The notes: generated from the sequence alone by a model not told the origin. A stretch of 64,000 bases of DNA from Octopus vulgaris (GCA_951406725.2 OX597819.1:31806001-31870000); one strand, 5' to 3'. Counted from the first letter of the stretch, positions 25,923 through 39,423 are shown. Made by a program: numbers and translations.

Positions 25923-25967
<45 letters not shown>

Positions 25968-25985
25968 ATATATATATATATATAC

Positions 25986-26024
<39 letters not shown>

Positions 26025-26030
26025 AATATA

Positions 26031-26111
<81 letters not shown>

Positions 26112-26159
26112 ATATATTTGTACGTTCCACATTACTGTAGTTTTATTCTTTTATAACCG

Positions 26160-26223
26160 CTAGGTTTCAGGGATGTAAACATACCAACATCAGTTGTCAA
26201 GCGATGGTGGGGATGCAGACACA

Positions 26224-26256
<33 letters not shown>

Positions 26257-26638
26257 CGGGAAGCTTTATGAAAATAAACAAAAGACGAAGGCATTTGGAA
26301 TACAAACAAACAATTGTATTAGTATGGCGCTCAGGAATATAAATAAAACAAGTCTTTTACGTTTCGAGCCTACGCTCTTCAACAGAAAGATACACAGAAA
26401 AGAAACACGGAGAGAAACAAGGAGAGAAAAAAATGCGTGCAGAGGCTAGCGAATCAACATGGCGATACATATATACGACGGGCTTTTTTCGTTTTCCGTC
26501 TACCAAATCCACTCACAAGTCTTTTGTCGGCCCGAGGCTATAGTTGAAGACACCTGCCAAATGTGCAACGCAATGGGACTGAGACCGGAAACATATGGTT
26601 GAGAAGCAAGCTTCTTATCACCCAGCCACGCCTGCGCC
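26160..26638 (-). mobile_element. SINE-B interrupted in its internal microsatellite by a PLE tail
   Basis: 3' half fragment at 26160-26225, 5' half at 26470-26638. Confidence 0.85.
26255..26465 (-). mobile_element. Penelope-like 3' tail with minimal HHR motif
   Basis: Minus strand TCTTT-CTGTTGA-A-GAGC-GTAG-GCTC-GAAAC-GTA-AAAGA (26353-26390). Confidence 0.75.
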
Positions 26639-27011
26639 TATTCACATATATTTATAAAGCATATATTTAACAGATATACATGTGTATATATACTATAGAT
26701 GTACACATGCACAAAATGATATATATATGTGTGTGTGTGGTTAATGCATATGCATATCAGTATGTATGTGTGCATTTGTATGTGACAGTTTTGTCCAGCG
26801 AAATATGTCAGTGAGGGATCTGCTATAAACTTCTATAAACTTCTTACACAGTTAAAAAAAAGAAAAGAAAAACATTTGTGAGGCACTAAACCTCTTACAT
26901 TTTCACAATACAAAAGTGAAAGTGCTTCTTACAATACGGAAACTTCTTTTCTAGAAGGTCCGTGTTATGTTTTTGCAAAGATTTTTTTTTCCTTATATAA
27001 TTAATATTTTT

Positions 27012-27516
27012 TATTTATTTATTTTATTTTATTTAGTTTCAGCTCACAAGCTATGGCCATGCTGGGGCACCGCCATTTTGTGTTGCTACATGATTTTACT
27101 TCACGAATGCTTTTTAGCAAATGCCATCTGGTGCATGAGAGAGTTCGATGCAGCTGCCCTCATTTGCACCTCCTGCCGTGAAGTTGGTTCATCTGGGACA
27201 CCTGACAAGAAGAGATCCGGTTTCATTTTAAAGGCATCTGCATCCACCCCATGCAGGTCTCTTAGGTTCTTCGGGAGGATATTGAAGAGTTGTGGGCCTC
27301 GGAAGCCCAGGCTATCACAGTATCTTGTCCAACATCTTGATGGCAAATTTGGAGTCCTTGGCACTATGCAGTGGCGCCCAGTTCTGGCATTTGTGTAACT
27401 CTCGATACCAAAGTTTGTGACAAGTCCTTCTAGGATCTTCCAGATGTATATTATGGCATATCTTTCTCGCCTACGCTCTAAGGAATAGAGTCTCAATCTC
27501 TTGAGTCTTTCCCAAT
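27012..27516 (-). mobile_element. CR1/L2-group LINE 3' end (ORF2 C-terminus + 3'UTR + A-rich tail)
   Basis: YWERLKRLRLYSLERRRERYAIIYIWKILEG...GFRGPQLFNILP...FLSGVPDEP; stop at 27101; tail ggcggtgccccagcatggcc...ctgaaac(taaaa)n. Confidence 0.88.
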
Positions 27517-27595
27517 AATATATTATAATTAAGCAAAACCGTTCTTCGTATTGCAACTCCATATAGTAACTGTAACAAGAATATATTGCAAAAAC

Positions 27596-27664
<69 letters not shown>

Positions 27665-27668
<4 letters not shown>

Positions 27669-28003
27669 ATCGCGGTTTCGATTCCCAGACCGGGCGTTGT
27701 GAGTGTTTATTGAGCGAAAACACCTAAAAGCTCCACGAGGCTTCGGCAGGGGATGGTGGTGATTCCTGCTGTACTCTTTCACCACAACTTTCTCTCACTC
27801 TTTCTTCCTGTTTCTGTTGTACTTGTATTTCAAAGGACCGGCCTTGTCACTCTCTGTGTCACGCTGAATATCCCCGAAGACTACGTTAAGGGTACACGTG
27901 CCTGTCGAGTGCTCAGCCACTTACACGTTAATTTCACGAGCAGGCTGTTCCGTTGATTCGAATCAACCGGAACCCTCGTCGTCGTAACCGACGGAGTGCT
28001 TCC
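27665..28003 (+). mobile_element. SINE-A, 5'-truncated, between (TA)n runs
   Basis: Matches SINE-A from the B-box region to the 3' end. Confidence 0.93.
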
Positions 28004-28007
28004 AATC

Positions 28008-28069
<62 letters not shown>

Positions 28070-28072
<3 letters not shown>

Positions 28073-30720
28073 ACCTCCCACACGCCTGTTCACACACACA
28101 CATACGTAGACCCATCTACGTACATACATTCACACATTTAATCACACACACTTACAGACACACATGCACATACACACACACAGACATACATACACACACG
28201 CATACATACTTACACACACACACACACACACAGACATACATACACACATACACACACACATACATACGCACATACATACACACACACTCACACACACACA
28301 CCGCACGTACATACTTCACACACACACACATGCACACACACATGTAGGCACATACATACATACATACCCAAACATGCACACCCGTACACTGAATGCACAC
28401 ACACATACACCTTTTTGCATCCAGGCAGCCCCCCTCTTTTCTGCTTTCCGGTTTTGGCTGATGGATCCTCGGTTCCCGCGCAGCGGGGCGTTCGAGGCCT
28501 TTACGCTCGCGCGCCTTGGCGCGCGCTGGGGGCTCGGTCGGCCCCTTTGGGCTTGCGTTGCACTGCTTGTGCGTTGTGTGCGTGAGCGCGCTTCGTGTGT
28601 GTGGGCTTGCTTCGGATGTGCGCTTGCGTATGTTTGCATACATACCCACACACTCGCATGCATCCCTACCCACATACATACACGCACACCTACTCACACA
28701 CACACATACACACACACACATACCCGCACACACACACACATACATACATACACACACATACCCACTTCAGACATACACACACACAGACATACACCCATAC
28801 ACCCACACTCACACGCATACACACACACACATACACACGCACACGTACACATACACACACACACACACCCACATACATACATTACACTTGTATACACACA
28901 CACTTACATTCATACACACACACACCTACACAGCCATACCCTCACTCAGACACACACATCTACCTACACACACACAAACACACACTGACACACACCCATA
29001 CATACATACATCTACACACTCACGCCTACACACATACATACACACATACATAAACACACACACATACACATACACACACATACGCACACACGCATATACT
29101 TATACACATGCACACACACACACACATACATACATACACCCATATACATACACACACACATACCTACATACTCCTATACGCACATACATACACACAGACA
29201 TACACACATACACACTCACACAAACATACACACACACATACTTACACACACACTCACCTGCACGCGCACACACATGCATGACAAACACTCATACACTCAC
29301 ACTCACATACGCACACACCAACATAAACACGCACACGCACACACACACCTACACTCCCACACACATACACACGCACCTACATACACACACGCACGCATAC
29401 ACACGCATACACACATACATTACACACGTACACACACACCTACATACACATGCATACACACACACACACAAACATGCACGGACACACCCAGACATACATA
29501 CATACACCTATATACACACGCCTACACACCTACATACACACACATATACACACGCCCACACAGCTACATACACACACATACATACACACATACACGGACA
29601 CACCCATACATACTTACATACATACACCTATACACACACGCCTACACACCTACACACACACATACACACACACACACATGTACGCACATACACACACATA
29701 TACGCACACACATATATACCCACACACATGCACACACACACATACGCACATACATGCACGCATGCACACGCGCACACCTACACGCATACACACACACACA
29801 CGCACGTACACATACATACATACACACACGCATACATACACCCATACACATACATGCATCCTACACACACATACATACACACTCACACATACATACACAC
29901 ACACGCACTCACTCACACACCTGTATGTTCGCGCACACACATGCACATACACACACTTCCCCACACCCACACGTACATACATACACACTCATACACACAT
30001 ACACACACACACACACACACGGACATACATCTATGCACACACATATATACACACATACTCACATACATTCATCGGACACACTGCCACCCAGACATACACA
30101 CAGACACACTCACACATCCACACGCACACATACGTACGCGCACACTCGCAGGCTCTCGCACACACGCGTTTGCGCCGGTTCGCGCACGCATGCGCCCCGC
30201 ATGCACCTCGCCCTTGGACCCGACGAGACCTCCCGCCCGTTCCTGGGATGTCGCTTGTCGTTGGGTTTTCCCACGCCCGTCTCCGCGGGACCACTCTTCC
30301 ATCTTCCCCTCCGCTAGAGTCCTTTTCCTAACCCCCCCCCCTTTTTTCGTTACACACACGCGCACACATATACACACATTGCTTAAACATATACATCACT
30401 CTTACACACATTCAATCTACTCGCCACTAATACTACCACGACACTGGACACACACACACACTACTACTCAACACACGCTGGCACGCTACATACGCCCCCA
30501 CCCCCTTCCCCTCCCTCCCTTCCTCCTTCCTCCCTTTTCTCACTACTGACCTTTGTCTGCTATGCTGCTGCTATGCTGACCACCGTCTCGCCCTACCTCA
30601 CACGCCTACACACAGACGCACACACTAACACATACATATATTTTTTGTTTTTTTACCTCGCCTCACACACACACATACACACACGCACACGCACACACTC
30701 ACACATACACACACATCTGT
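28070..30720. repeat. 2.6-kb degenerate (CA/CATA)n block with two GC-rich interruptions
   Basis: Low-complexity sequence; source of the 677-aa HT-rich ORF. Confidence 0.9.
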
Positions 30721-31012
30721 TGCGTTACCAACCTTGTCTCCACTCTTTTGCCTTTAAAAACCCACTTTGCTCTTGTTATCGTAAACATCCGCCTTTCACC
30801 ATGTGCTACTCCTAACACCAGCCGTTTTTTTCTCTATCTCCGTTGCCCGCTCCGGGATCTTTCTTTCCTCTCTCTTCCTTCTTTATGTTTCCGACGAAGA
30901 GCTCCGCTCGAAACGTCATACCTCCCTGCTTCCATTTCCTGAGCGCCTATTAATAATAATACTGTAATTGTTCCATTGTTGTTGTTTTTCTGTTTCCCGT
31001 TTGGATTAAAAT

Positions 31013-31013
<1 letters not shown>
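30720..31013 (+). mobile_element. Penelope-like 3' tail with minimal HHR motif
   Basis: GTTT-CCGACGA-A-GAGC-TCC-GCTC-GAAAC-GTC-ATAC at ~30887-30921, ending in (TA)n. Confidence 0.7.
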
Positions 31014-31092
<79 letters not shown>

Positions 31093-31234
31093 CATACATA
31101 CATACATACACACACATATATATACATATATATATATTAATAATATTAGGGAGTATATCCAAACTTACCGGGAAAAATTAGATTTTGTGTGTGTGTGTTG
31201 TGTGTGTGAATGTGTGTGTGAGTGTGTGTGTGTG

Positions 31235-31511
31235 TTAAAGCTTTCCACCTATTTTCTATCAAATTTTGAGTTGCCTAACAGTGGTTTTACCTCTAATTTA
31301 ATTTATATATATATATACATATATATAATTCAAATTGAGTTAATGGATTCCTAGATAGCAGAACCTCGGAAGTAATAATTACTCAACTAGGAGTACTCCA
31401 CTGTGCTACTCATCAGGTTGAAGATACCTTAGTTAATTGAAGGTTACATTTGTTGTCAGGGGATCTTAAGTTAACTCGCCGGAGATTTGATAGAAAATAG
31501 GTGGAAAGCTT

Positions 31512-31514
<3 letters not shown>
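31235..31514. repeat. 30-bp perfect inverted repeat extended by (TG)n/(CA)n arms
   Basis: TTAAAGCTTTCCACCTATTTTCTATCAAAT at 31235-31264 and its reverse complement at 31485-31514. Confidence 0.9.
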
Positions 31515-31549
<35 letters not shown>

Positions 31550-31564
31550 ACACGCACACACACT

Positions 31565-31603
<39 letters not shown>

Positions 31604-32035
31604 GCGCGCGCACACAACACACACTGTGTGTATATGCTAGTGTGCTTACATGTGTCTGTAAATTCTCATAGGAGAAAAAGTTTCTCAATGTCTTTGGTTG
31701 TCTGGCCATCCTTTAAAGTTTTTTTGCAAGTTTAAACATTTCAGACATTTAAAAAAAAAAGTAGCTCTCGCACCGCACATGTGTTTCTCACTTAAAATTT
31801 TGACAGTTAGGAACTTGTTGCATCTGCAATCGGATCTCGAATTTAACCGAAATTTTATAATTAATCGGCACTGGTTCTACAAACATTTAGAGGTATTAAT
31901 TTCAGGTACAGACGGTGCTCCGACTAGCAAATTTTATTCATTCTGCGATAATATATTCTTTCGTTATACGTTCCTTATTACAAGCACCTTCATAAGATAT
32001 ATGCTCATCAATTCCTAGCTATCCGTAGAATTCTT

Positions 32036-32491
32036 GGATCTTTTCCGTTTGAATGGCAGTTCTTAACATAATTTCTAGGTAACTAAAAAATTTTAAACTT
32101 CGTATACTGGTAGAATGTGTTTATAAAACATCTTTTTCTCTTGGCTTTATTGAGAAAATTCTATAGTTTGTAAGATATTTGTTGTTTTTTTTTCTTCAAT
32201 TTCTGCAATTTCAACCAATCACAGACGTCCATTGAGGTAAACAACATTCTGTGCCGTATGAATGTGTCCATCGTTTAAGAAACAGATTAGGTTTATTTAC
32301 ATTTGTGAAGAAAAAAAAAGATACCCTTCCCCCCACTCCTAAGCCTAACCCTTACTCCAACCCTAACCCTAACTCTAACTCTAACCCTAAAATAGATTGA
32401 AATGCAATAGATCGATACTAGGGTCATAATTATGGGTGACAATTTCATATGACACCGCTAGAAAAAACTGCCGTTCAAACCGAAAAGATCC
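32036..32491 (-). mobile_element. TTAGGG-containing MITE, full length, perfect 8-bp TSD
   Basis: GGATC...GATCC TIRs; TSD GAATTCTT at 32028-32035 and 32492-32499. Confidence 0.95.
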
Positions 32492-32499
32492 GAATTCTT

Positions 32500-32790
32500 T
32501 GCTAGATATTGAGCTTCATGAATCCACATGTGGGACGCAGAATTAAATGTTTTCTTGTAACCCAACCAGATCATAACCAAATTCCTTCTATGTTATCACA
32601 CCTCTGACAGCACAATTTTGTTGATCAGCAGTTGCTTAATAGATCCTGAAATTCCTTTCTTTTCTGCAGCTTGTTCATCTGTAATGATATTGTTGACATT
32701 GCAATGTTCCTGATAGAATGGGTTTAGATCTGCTATATACAATAAATTCTGGCGTGTAATTGGCTGATAGTTCATCATATGAATAGGTTT
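32500..32790 (-). pseudogene. Decayed non-LTR reverse transcriptase fragment (R4/Dong-like)
   Basis: NYQPIT...EQAAEKKG...QLLINK... and WLGYKKTFNSASH, resembling EQ-G-KG / DQLL / WLDYKKAFDSVPH. Confidence 0.75.
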
Positions 32791-34284
32791 CAGTATTAAT
32801 GTTTCAGTATTAATGTTATTCCCACCAATGTCAGTCTACTTGCCTTATTGATTTCTCCACAGAGGATTTGCTGGTAAAAGTTGATAAGATGCCGTCAATA
32901 AAAAGCTATTTGAATCATTAACCAACACTTTAGTCTCTTCCTAGTGTTTTCCTATCGTGTAGTTTTCCACTTAAATAGTTTTGTTTTGGCCAACAGCCTC
33001 TGATGACGTGCTTTCTCATTGACATCTTTTAAATCCTGTTTAAAGGCAATTTAAGAATTCTCTTCTGGTTTCTCAAATTTATATTATATATTTTTCTTGT
33101 GATACTATCATGATTTTTGAAGAAATGTGCAATGATGTATATGCTATGACTATTGTGAATGAGAGTAGACGCTGTTAAAAATGTAGGCTTTAAACCCTTT
33201 AAAAATGTAGGCTTTCAACCCTTTAACTGCGTAATTAAATTTCATGGCACTTTTCCAACAAAAAGTAGAATCGAAATTTTCTGCTTCGGCAATACAACTT
33301 CAGTATCTCCTGTAAGTACGGTCTTCATATCCACCACTAAATGTATTTGATTCTTGCTCTGTAAAGAGAGATTTGCTGAAATGTGTGGGAAAATTAAGAA
33401 CATGTGAAAAAAATATCTTTTGTAAACGCATCACTTGGGGGTTTCTCCGCTTCTCGCAGAATTAAGAGAAACGTTTTCAAAACCGTGGTGTAAAACCGTT
33501 TTCCGCAGTTATCGTTAATAAAATTCTGGCTGGATATACCCGCTTTCCGCGTTCGACAGTTACTTTAATAATATTAGCAATTCGTGTTCGGCGCAATGAC
33601 GTAATGAAACAGGAAATACAAACACAGTTGAAATATATTTCAAATACATTTTATGCATGTATGTATGCATGTATGTATGTATGTATGTATGTATGTATGT
33701 ATGTATGTATGTATGTATGTATGTATGTATGTATGTATGTATGCATGCATGTGTGTGTGTGTTTGTCTGTATGTATGTATTAGTAATATATGGAGATCGG
33801 GCGGCGGATTGTGAGAGTCGTTAAAGCAATGGAAAAATGTTTTGTGATATTAAATTATGCCTCACGCTAGGAGGGACTCTTAAAGTCAAAACTACCATAA
33901 TAAACACATTGTACCGAACGCGTGGGAATGCAACTCTCAAAGCGAGCCGCCTAAAACAGACTCAGCTGTATATCATATGATTTCATAATTAGTGCACAAA
34001 ATGCACTTTTTAATCGTCAGTGCAGGCATAATCAAGATACACAAAAATGAACAAAAAAATCAGCATACCAGACGAACACCAAATGTATCCAGCATAGTAT
34101 ATTAGAATTGTTCACACTTATATATCTATGTAAGAGGCGGGCTTTTTGAATTGCATCTCGGTACACGAGCTTATTCAGAATAAAATTCAGCACTGAATAT
34201 ATTCCAGTTAAATTTGCAATTTAAAAATAGGATAAAATCTTTATAAGAATTTATCAAGTAGTTAGCGGGAAAACCCTTCCTTGG

Positions 34285-34440
34285 ATCTTTCCTTTTCCTA
34301 TGTTTCTGTCGAAGAGCTCCGCTCGAAACGTTAAATCCTCCTTCTTTATTTCCTTTCCTGAGCGTCCAATAACACTATACTTGTTCCACTTCCTCGCGTT
34401 GTTGTGCTTTCTCTTTGTGTTTTCCTGTTTGGATTAACTA
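34285..34440 (+). mobile_element. Penelope-like 3' tail with minimal HHR motif
   Basis: TTT-CTGTCGA-A-GAGC-TCC-GCTC-GAAAC-GTT-AAA, followed by (TA)n. Confidence 0.7.
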
Positions 34441-34915
34441 TATATATATATTATACATGTATGTATGTGTGTATGAATGTGGGGAGTGTGTGTGTGTGTG
34501 TGTCTTTGTCCGCCCTGCCTTATCGCTTGACAACCGGTGTTGGTGTATTTACGTCTCCATAACTTAGCTGCTCGGCAACAAGACCGATAAAATAAGTATT
34601 AGGCTTCAAGGCGGTGCTCCAGCATGGCTGCAGTCAAATGACTGAAACAAATAAAAGGATATGTGTACGCGCACACACACACACACATATGCATGTAAAT
34701 ACACATGTGTGAGTTTGTATAGAAACGCATATGTGTATTTATAAAACAAATATATACATGTGTATATATACTATAGATATACACATACACAAAATGATGT
34801 ATATGCGTATGCATGCGTGTGGTTAGAATAGATTCCTGGATCGATAAAATAAAACGGTAGTCTGGTAATGATGTCGATACAGTCGGCTTTTTCCTCCGCG
34901 TAAAATACATACATA

Positions 34916-35150
34916 AGTATGTATGTATGTATGTATGTATGTATGTATGTATGTATGTATGTATGTATGTATGTATGTATGTATGTATGTATGTATGTAT
35001 GTATGTATGTATGTATGTATGTATGTATGTATGTATGTATGTATGTATGTATGCATGTATGTATGTATGTATGTATGTATGTATGTATGTATGTATACAT
35101 GTATGAATGTATGTATGTATGTATGTATGTATGTATGTATGTATGTATGT
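34916..35150. repeat. (TATG)n microsatellite
   Basis: Directly visible. Confidence 0.97.
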
Positions 35151-35151
35151 A

Positions 35152-35575
35152 GGTGCAATGGTGGCTGTGTGGTAAGTAGCTTGCTTACCAGCCACATAGT
35201 TCCGGGTTCAGTCCCACTGCGTGGCACCTTGAGCAAGTATCTTATACTATAACCTCGGGCCGACCAAAGCCTTGTGAGTGGATTTGGTAGACGAAACTGA
35301 AAGAAGCCCGTCGTATATATATATACATATATATATATATATGTATATATATGTGTGTGTGTGTGTTTGAGTGTCTGTGTTTGTCCCCCCAACATCGCTT
35401 GACAACCGATGCTGGTGTGTTTACGTCCCCGTAACTTGGCGGTTCGGCACAAGAGACCGATAGAATAAGTACTAGGCTTACAAAGAATAAGTCCTGGGGT
35501 TGATTTGCTCGACTAAAGGCGGTGCTCCAGCATGGCCGCAGTCAAATGACTGAAACAAGTAAAAGAGTAAAAGAG
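35152..35575 (+). mobile_element. SINE-B, full length
   Basis: Bipartite structure with internal microsatellite. Confidence 0.95.
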
Positions 35576-36302
35576 TATGTGTGTATGTATGTATGTATGT
35601 ATAATTTCAAGATCTTTTGCTTGCGTTTGAGATCATGGCGTTCCGACATTCTTGAACAATCGACCAGTTTTGGAGCTGGAGATCTTGCCCAGGTTTTGTT
35701 CTTGGATCATGTCAACCGGATGTAGAGAGCCTGTGAGGTTTTGTTCAAGTTGTTTTTGGCCTGAAATTCTAAGTTGCATGATCGCCGGCGTTGCGAGCTT
35801 TCCAATGCCGCAGCACCGCATGCTGACATTTTCCTCGATAACAAGTGGACTACCATGTGTCTGTGTGTATCTATGTATCTATCAATACACATACACACAT
35901 GCGCGCGCACACACACACACACACACAATCACACGTACACATACACATATACAGACATATATACACATATATACATATATGCTTACACACATATATACAG
36001 ACATAAACACATATACATACATACATACATACACAAATACGCACAGATGCACACACACACACATATGTACACACACAAATATGTACATATATACACATAT
36101 ATACATATATGCTGACACACATATACAGACATATACACATATACATACATACATACATACATACACAAATACGCACAGATGCACACACACACACACATAT
36201 GTACACACACAAATATGTACATATACACATGCACGCATACACCATGCGCATGCGACACACGCACGCACACACATACACACACATACACACACAAACACCC
36301 AA

Positions 36303-36344
<42 letters not shown>

Positions 36345-36416
36345 CCTTTAAACCAACACAATAAGAACAACCGCAACATCAGCAACAACCTCAACAACAA
36401 CAACAATAACATCAAT

Positions 36417-36494
<78 letters not shown>

Positions 36495-37349
36495 AATAAC
36501 AAGAGGAACAGAGTAGCAACAATGGGACCGACGACACACGTTGAGTGAGGTATATAGTTTGTCATATTGTTTCACCTGTTAAGTCATAGATTTTTTTTCT
36601 CTCTCTCTCTCTATATATATTGTCTTTTATTCCTATTTGTGTCAGTTTATCAGTCCTGGCCTACATTTCCTGGAACAGATGTTCGATTCATTTACAATTC
36701 TGATTTTACAGAAAGGGAATTGAAAAAAAACACTCATAAAAACAAAAGGCAAACAAATAGAAAAAAAAATCCAGAAAAAGAAAACAAAAGAAAAAACAAC
36801 AAAAAAAACCAAACTTGAATGTATCACAAAAAAGTTAATGTTATATTTTCGATAGTTGTTTGTTTATGTTTTATAGTTTATTTTGTATTCTTATATTTTT
36901 TTCTCTTTTACATGATTCAGTCATTGGACCGCGGCCATGTTGAAGTCCACTGCTTTAGAGCTCCGTACATACTTTTAAAGCCTGGTAATTGATTCTATCG
37001 CACACCTTTTGCCGAACTGCAATATTTTTTCTGGTCACGTTCGTAATTAACGCGTCTAAAGTCTAGGAGCTTAAGTATATTGATTTCGAATTTTGGCATA
37101 AGGCCAACAATTTAGAGAAGGATTAAGACGATTAGATCGACCCACTGCTCGGCTGGTATTTATTTTATCAGCCATGAAAGGGTGAAAGGCAAAGTCGACA
37201 TCGGCAGAAAATAAAAACGAAATATCGCTAAGTATTTCATCGTATTTGACCTTGTCCTAACTGTGGTGAGAACATGGAACTTATTGAAGACACCCCTTGT
37301 GCAAAAAGAAACATATGTTGGTGTATGAAAACGATAAAAAAATGTCGCC

Positions 37350-37892
37350 CTTTTCAAACCTAGCCAGGCTCATGGGCCCGGTTTCCCAGTTTCTGTGGCG
37401 TATGTGTTTCCCACAGCTGGACGGGACGCCAGTCCATCGCAGCGTTACTCAAGAAACAGGAAGAGAGAGTGAGAGAAAGTTGGGGCGAAAGAGTACAACA
37501 GGGGTCGCCACCACGCCCTGCCGGAGCATTCTGGGAGCTTTTAGGTGTTTTTCGCTCAATAATCACACACAACGCCCGGTCTGGGAATCGAAACCTATTT
37601 CTTTATTACCCACAAGGGGCTAAACACAGAGGGGACAAACAAGGACAGACATAGGTATTAAGTCGATTACATCGACCCCAGTGCGTAACTGGTACTTAAT
37701 TTATCGACCCCGAAAGGATGAAAGGCAAAGTCGACCTCGGCGGAATTTGAACTCAGAACGTAACGGCAGACGAAATACCACTTAGCATTTCGCCCAGCGT
37801 GCTAACGTTTCTGCCAGCTCGCCGCCTGGGAATCGAAACCGCGATCCTCCGACCGCGAGTCCGCTGCCCTAACCACTGGGCCATTGCGCCTC
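37350..37892 (-). mobile_element. Hybrid SINE (A-type head + V-like D tail) with nested SINE-C
   Basis: SINE-A sequence to cttcctgtttct, then gctgcgatggactggcgtcccgtccag; SINE-C nested at 37596-37826 with TSD ctgggaatcgaaacc. Confidence 0.88.
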
Positions 37893-38319
37893 TACTGGTG
37901 TATGAAAAGAGTAGGTCGAAAGGAATTGTCATTGCGAATAGACGAATAGATACATGTTTTCGAAGGAATACTATCGATATTACAAATCATCTATCTCGTG
38001 TGCTAATGGATATTTAACATGGCCAGCATTAAAATAATGGCGCTTGAGAATGTCAACAGGTAAATTCATACATGCAATTATATATATAGAGAGAGCAAAT
38101 GAGAGCGCCTCTACGCGCTTGATCTATTCGATAGAAATAAAGCCAAATCCCCAAACAATGCCTCACTTTCTTAAAGGGGTAGGATTTGCTTATTAGTGCA
38201 CAACAAGACCTCCTACTGTGACATACGCCCAAAGCATTTTATTAGAAATACAATTCAAATCAGAATTTGAAAATCAATAAAGTGTACTTTTCAGATGTCA
38301 CTGACGAACCATAAGTTAT

Positions 38320-38945
38320 GACGATGAGTGTTCCAATTGATCCCATCAATGGAACAGCCTGCTCTCGAAATTAACGTGCAAGTGACTGAGCACTCCACAG
38401 AGACATGTAACCTTAGCGTACTTCTCAGGGATATTCGGCGTGGCACAGAATGTGACAAGGCTGACCCTTTAAAATACCGGTACTATTCATTTTTGCCAAC
38501 TAGGTGGACGGGAGCAACGTGAAATGAAGTTGGGTTCAGTCCCACTGCGTGGTACTTTTTGGCAAGTGTCTTCTATTATAGCCCCGGGCCGACCAAAGCC
38601 TTGTGAGTGGATTTGGTTGACGGAAACTGAAGGAAGCCCGTCGTATATATGTATATATATATATATGTGTGTGTGAGTGTGTGTATTTGTATTTGTCCTC
38701 CCCAAGATCGCTTGACAACCGATGCAGGTGTGTTTTCGGCAAAAGAGACCGATAGAATAAGTACTAGGCTTACAAAAAATAAGTCCTGGGGTCGATTTGC
38801 TCAACTAAAGGCGGTGCTCCAGTATGGCTGCAGTAAAATGACTCAAACAAGTAAAAGAGAAGGACACAACGCATGGCCAGGAATTGAACTCACGGCCTTA
38901 TCACCGTGAACCGAATACCCTAACCACCAAGCCACGCGCCTTCAC
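38320..38945 (-). mobile_element. Hybrid SINE (D-type head + A-type tail) split by a SINE-B (38530-38860, +)
   Basis: Head at 38860-38945, D linker at ~38487-38528, A-type tail at 38320-38485. Confidence 0.75.
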
Positions 38946-39363
38946 TTTCAGATGGAAACTGAATGTAAACCATTATGTTGATACTCATTAGGGTTTTTGG
39001 AGGCCTTGAAGTTTGGTTTAAAGTGTTTTCTGTTTGCAAGAGACGACGGACGCAATCACTGCAGCGTTCTTAAATGTGCCACACTCTTGTTGTCACCAGG
39101 AACAACTATGGTAAGCGACCTCTGGGTGACATGCCATACCAGCAAACAAAATTGACTTTAAGCGTCTGATCGATCATTCATAGGATTTCATTGATCCAGT
39201 TAAGCAAATGCAGACTATGTTGAATCTCTGTTGAACTCTGCGAAGGTACAGGCATAACTGTGTGAAGCAAATTTTGTTGTGTGTTATTATTGTTGACTTA
39301 ATGACTATCCCAAGTATAGTCATTACGTCAATAATAACACACGCAAAAGTTCAATTCCACTTC

Positions 39364-39423
<60 letters not shown>

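Noticed and set aside
28516-30549. 677-aa His/Thr-rich ORF and overlapping ORFs
   Set aside because: Translation of degenerate (CA)n, which lacks stop codons; no domain or codon structure
33230-33640. Possible promoter or exon (CpG-retaining stretch, tttacag acceptor on minus strand)
   Set aside because: No recognisable protein and no matching donor; indistinguishable from chance
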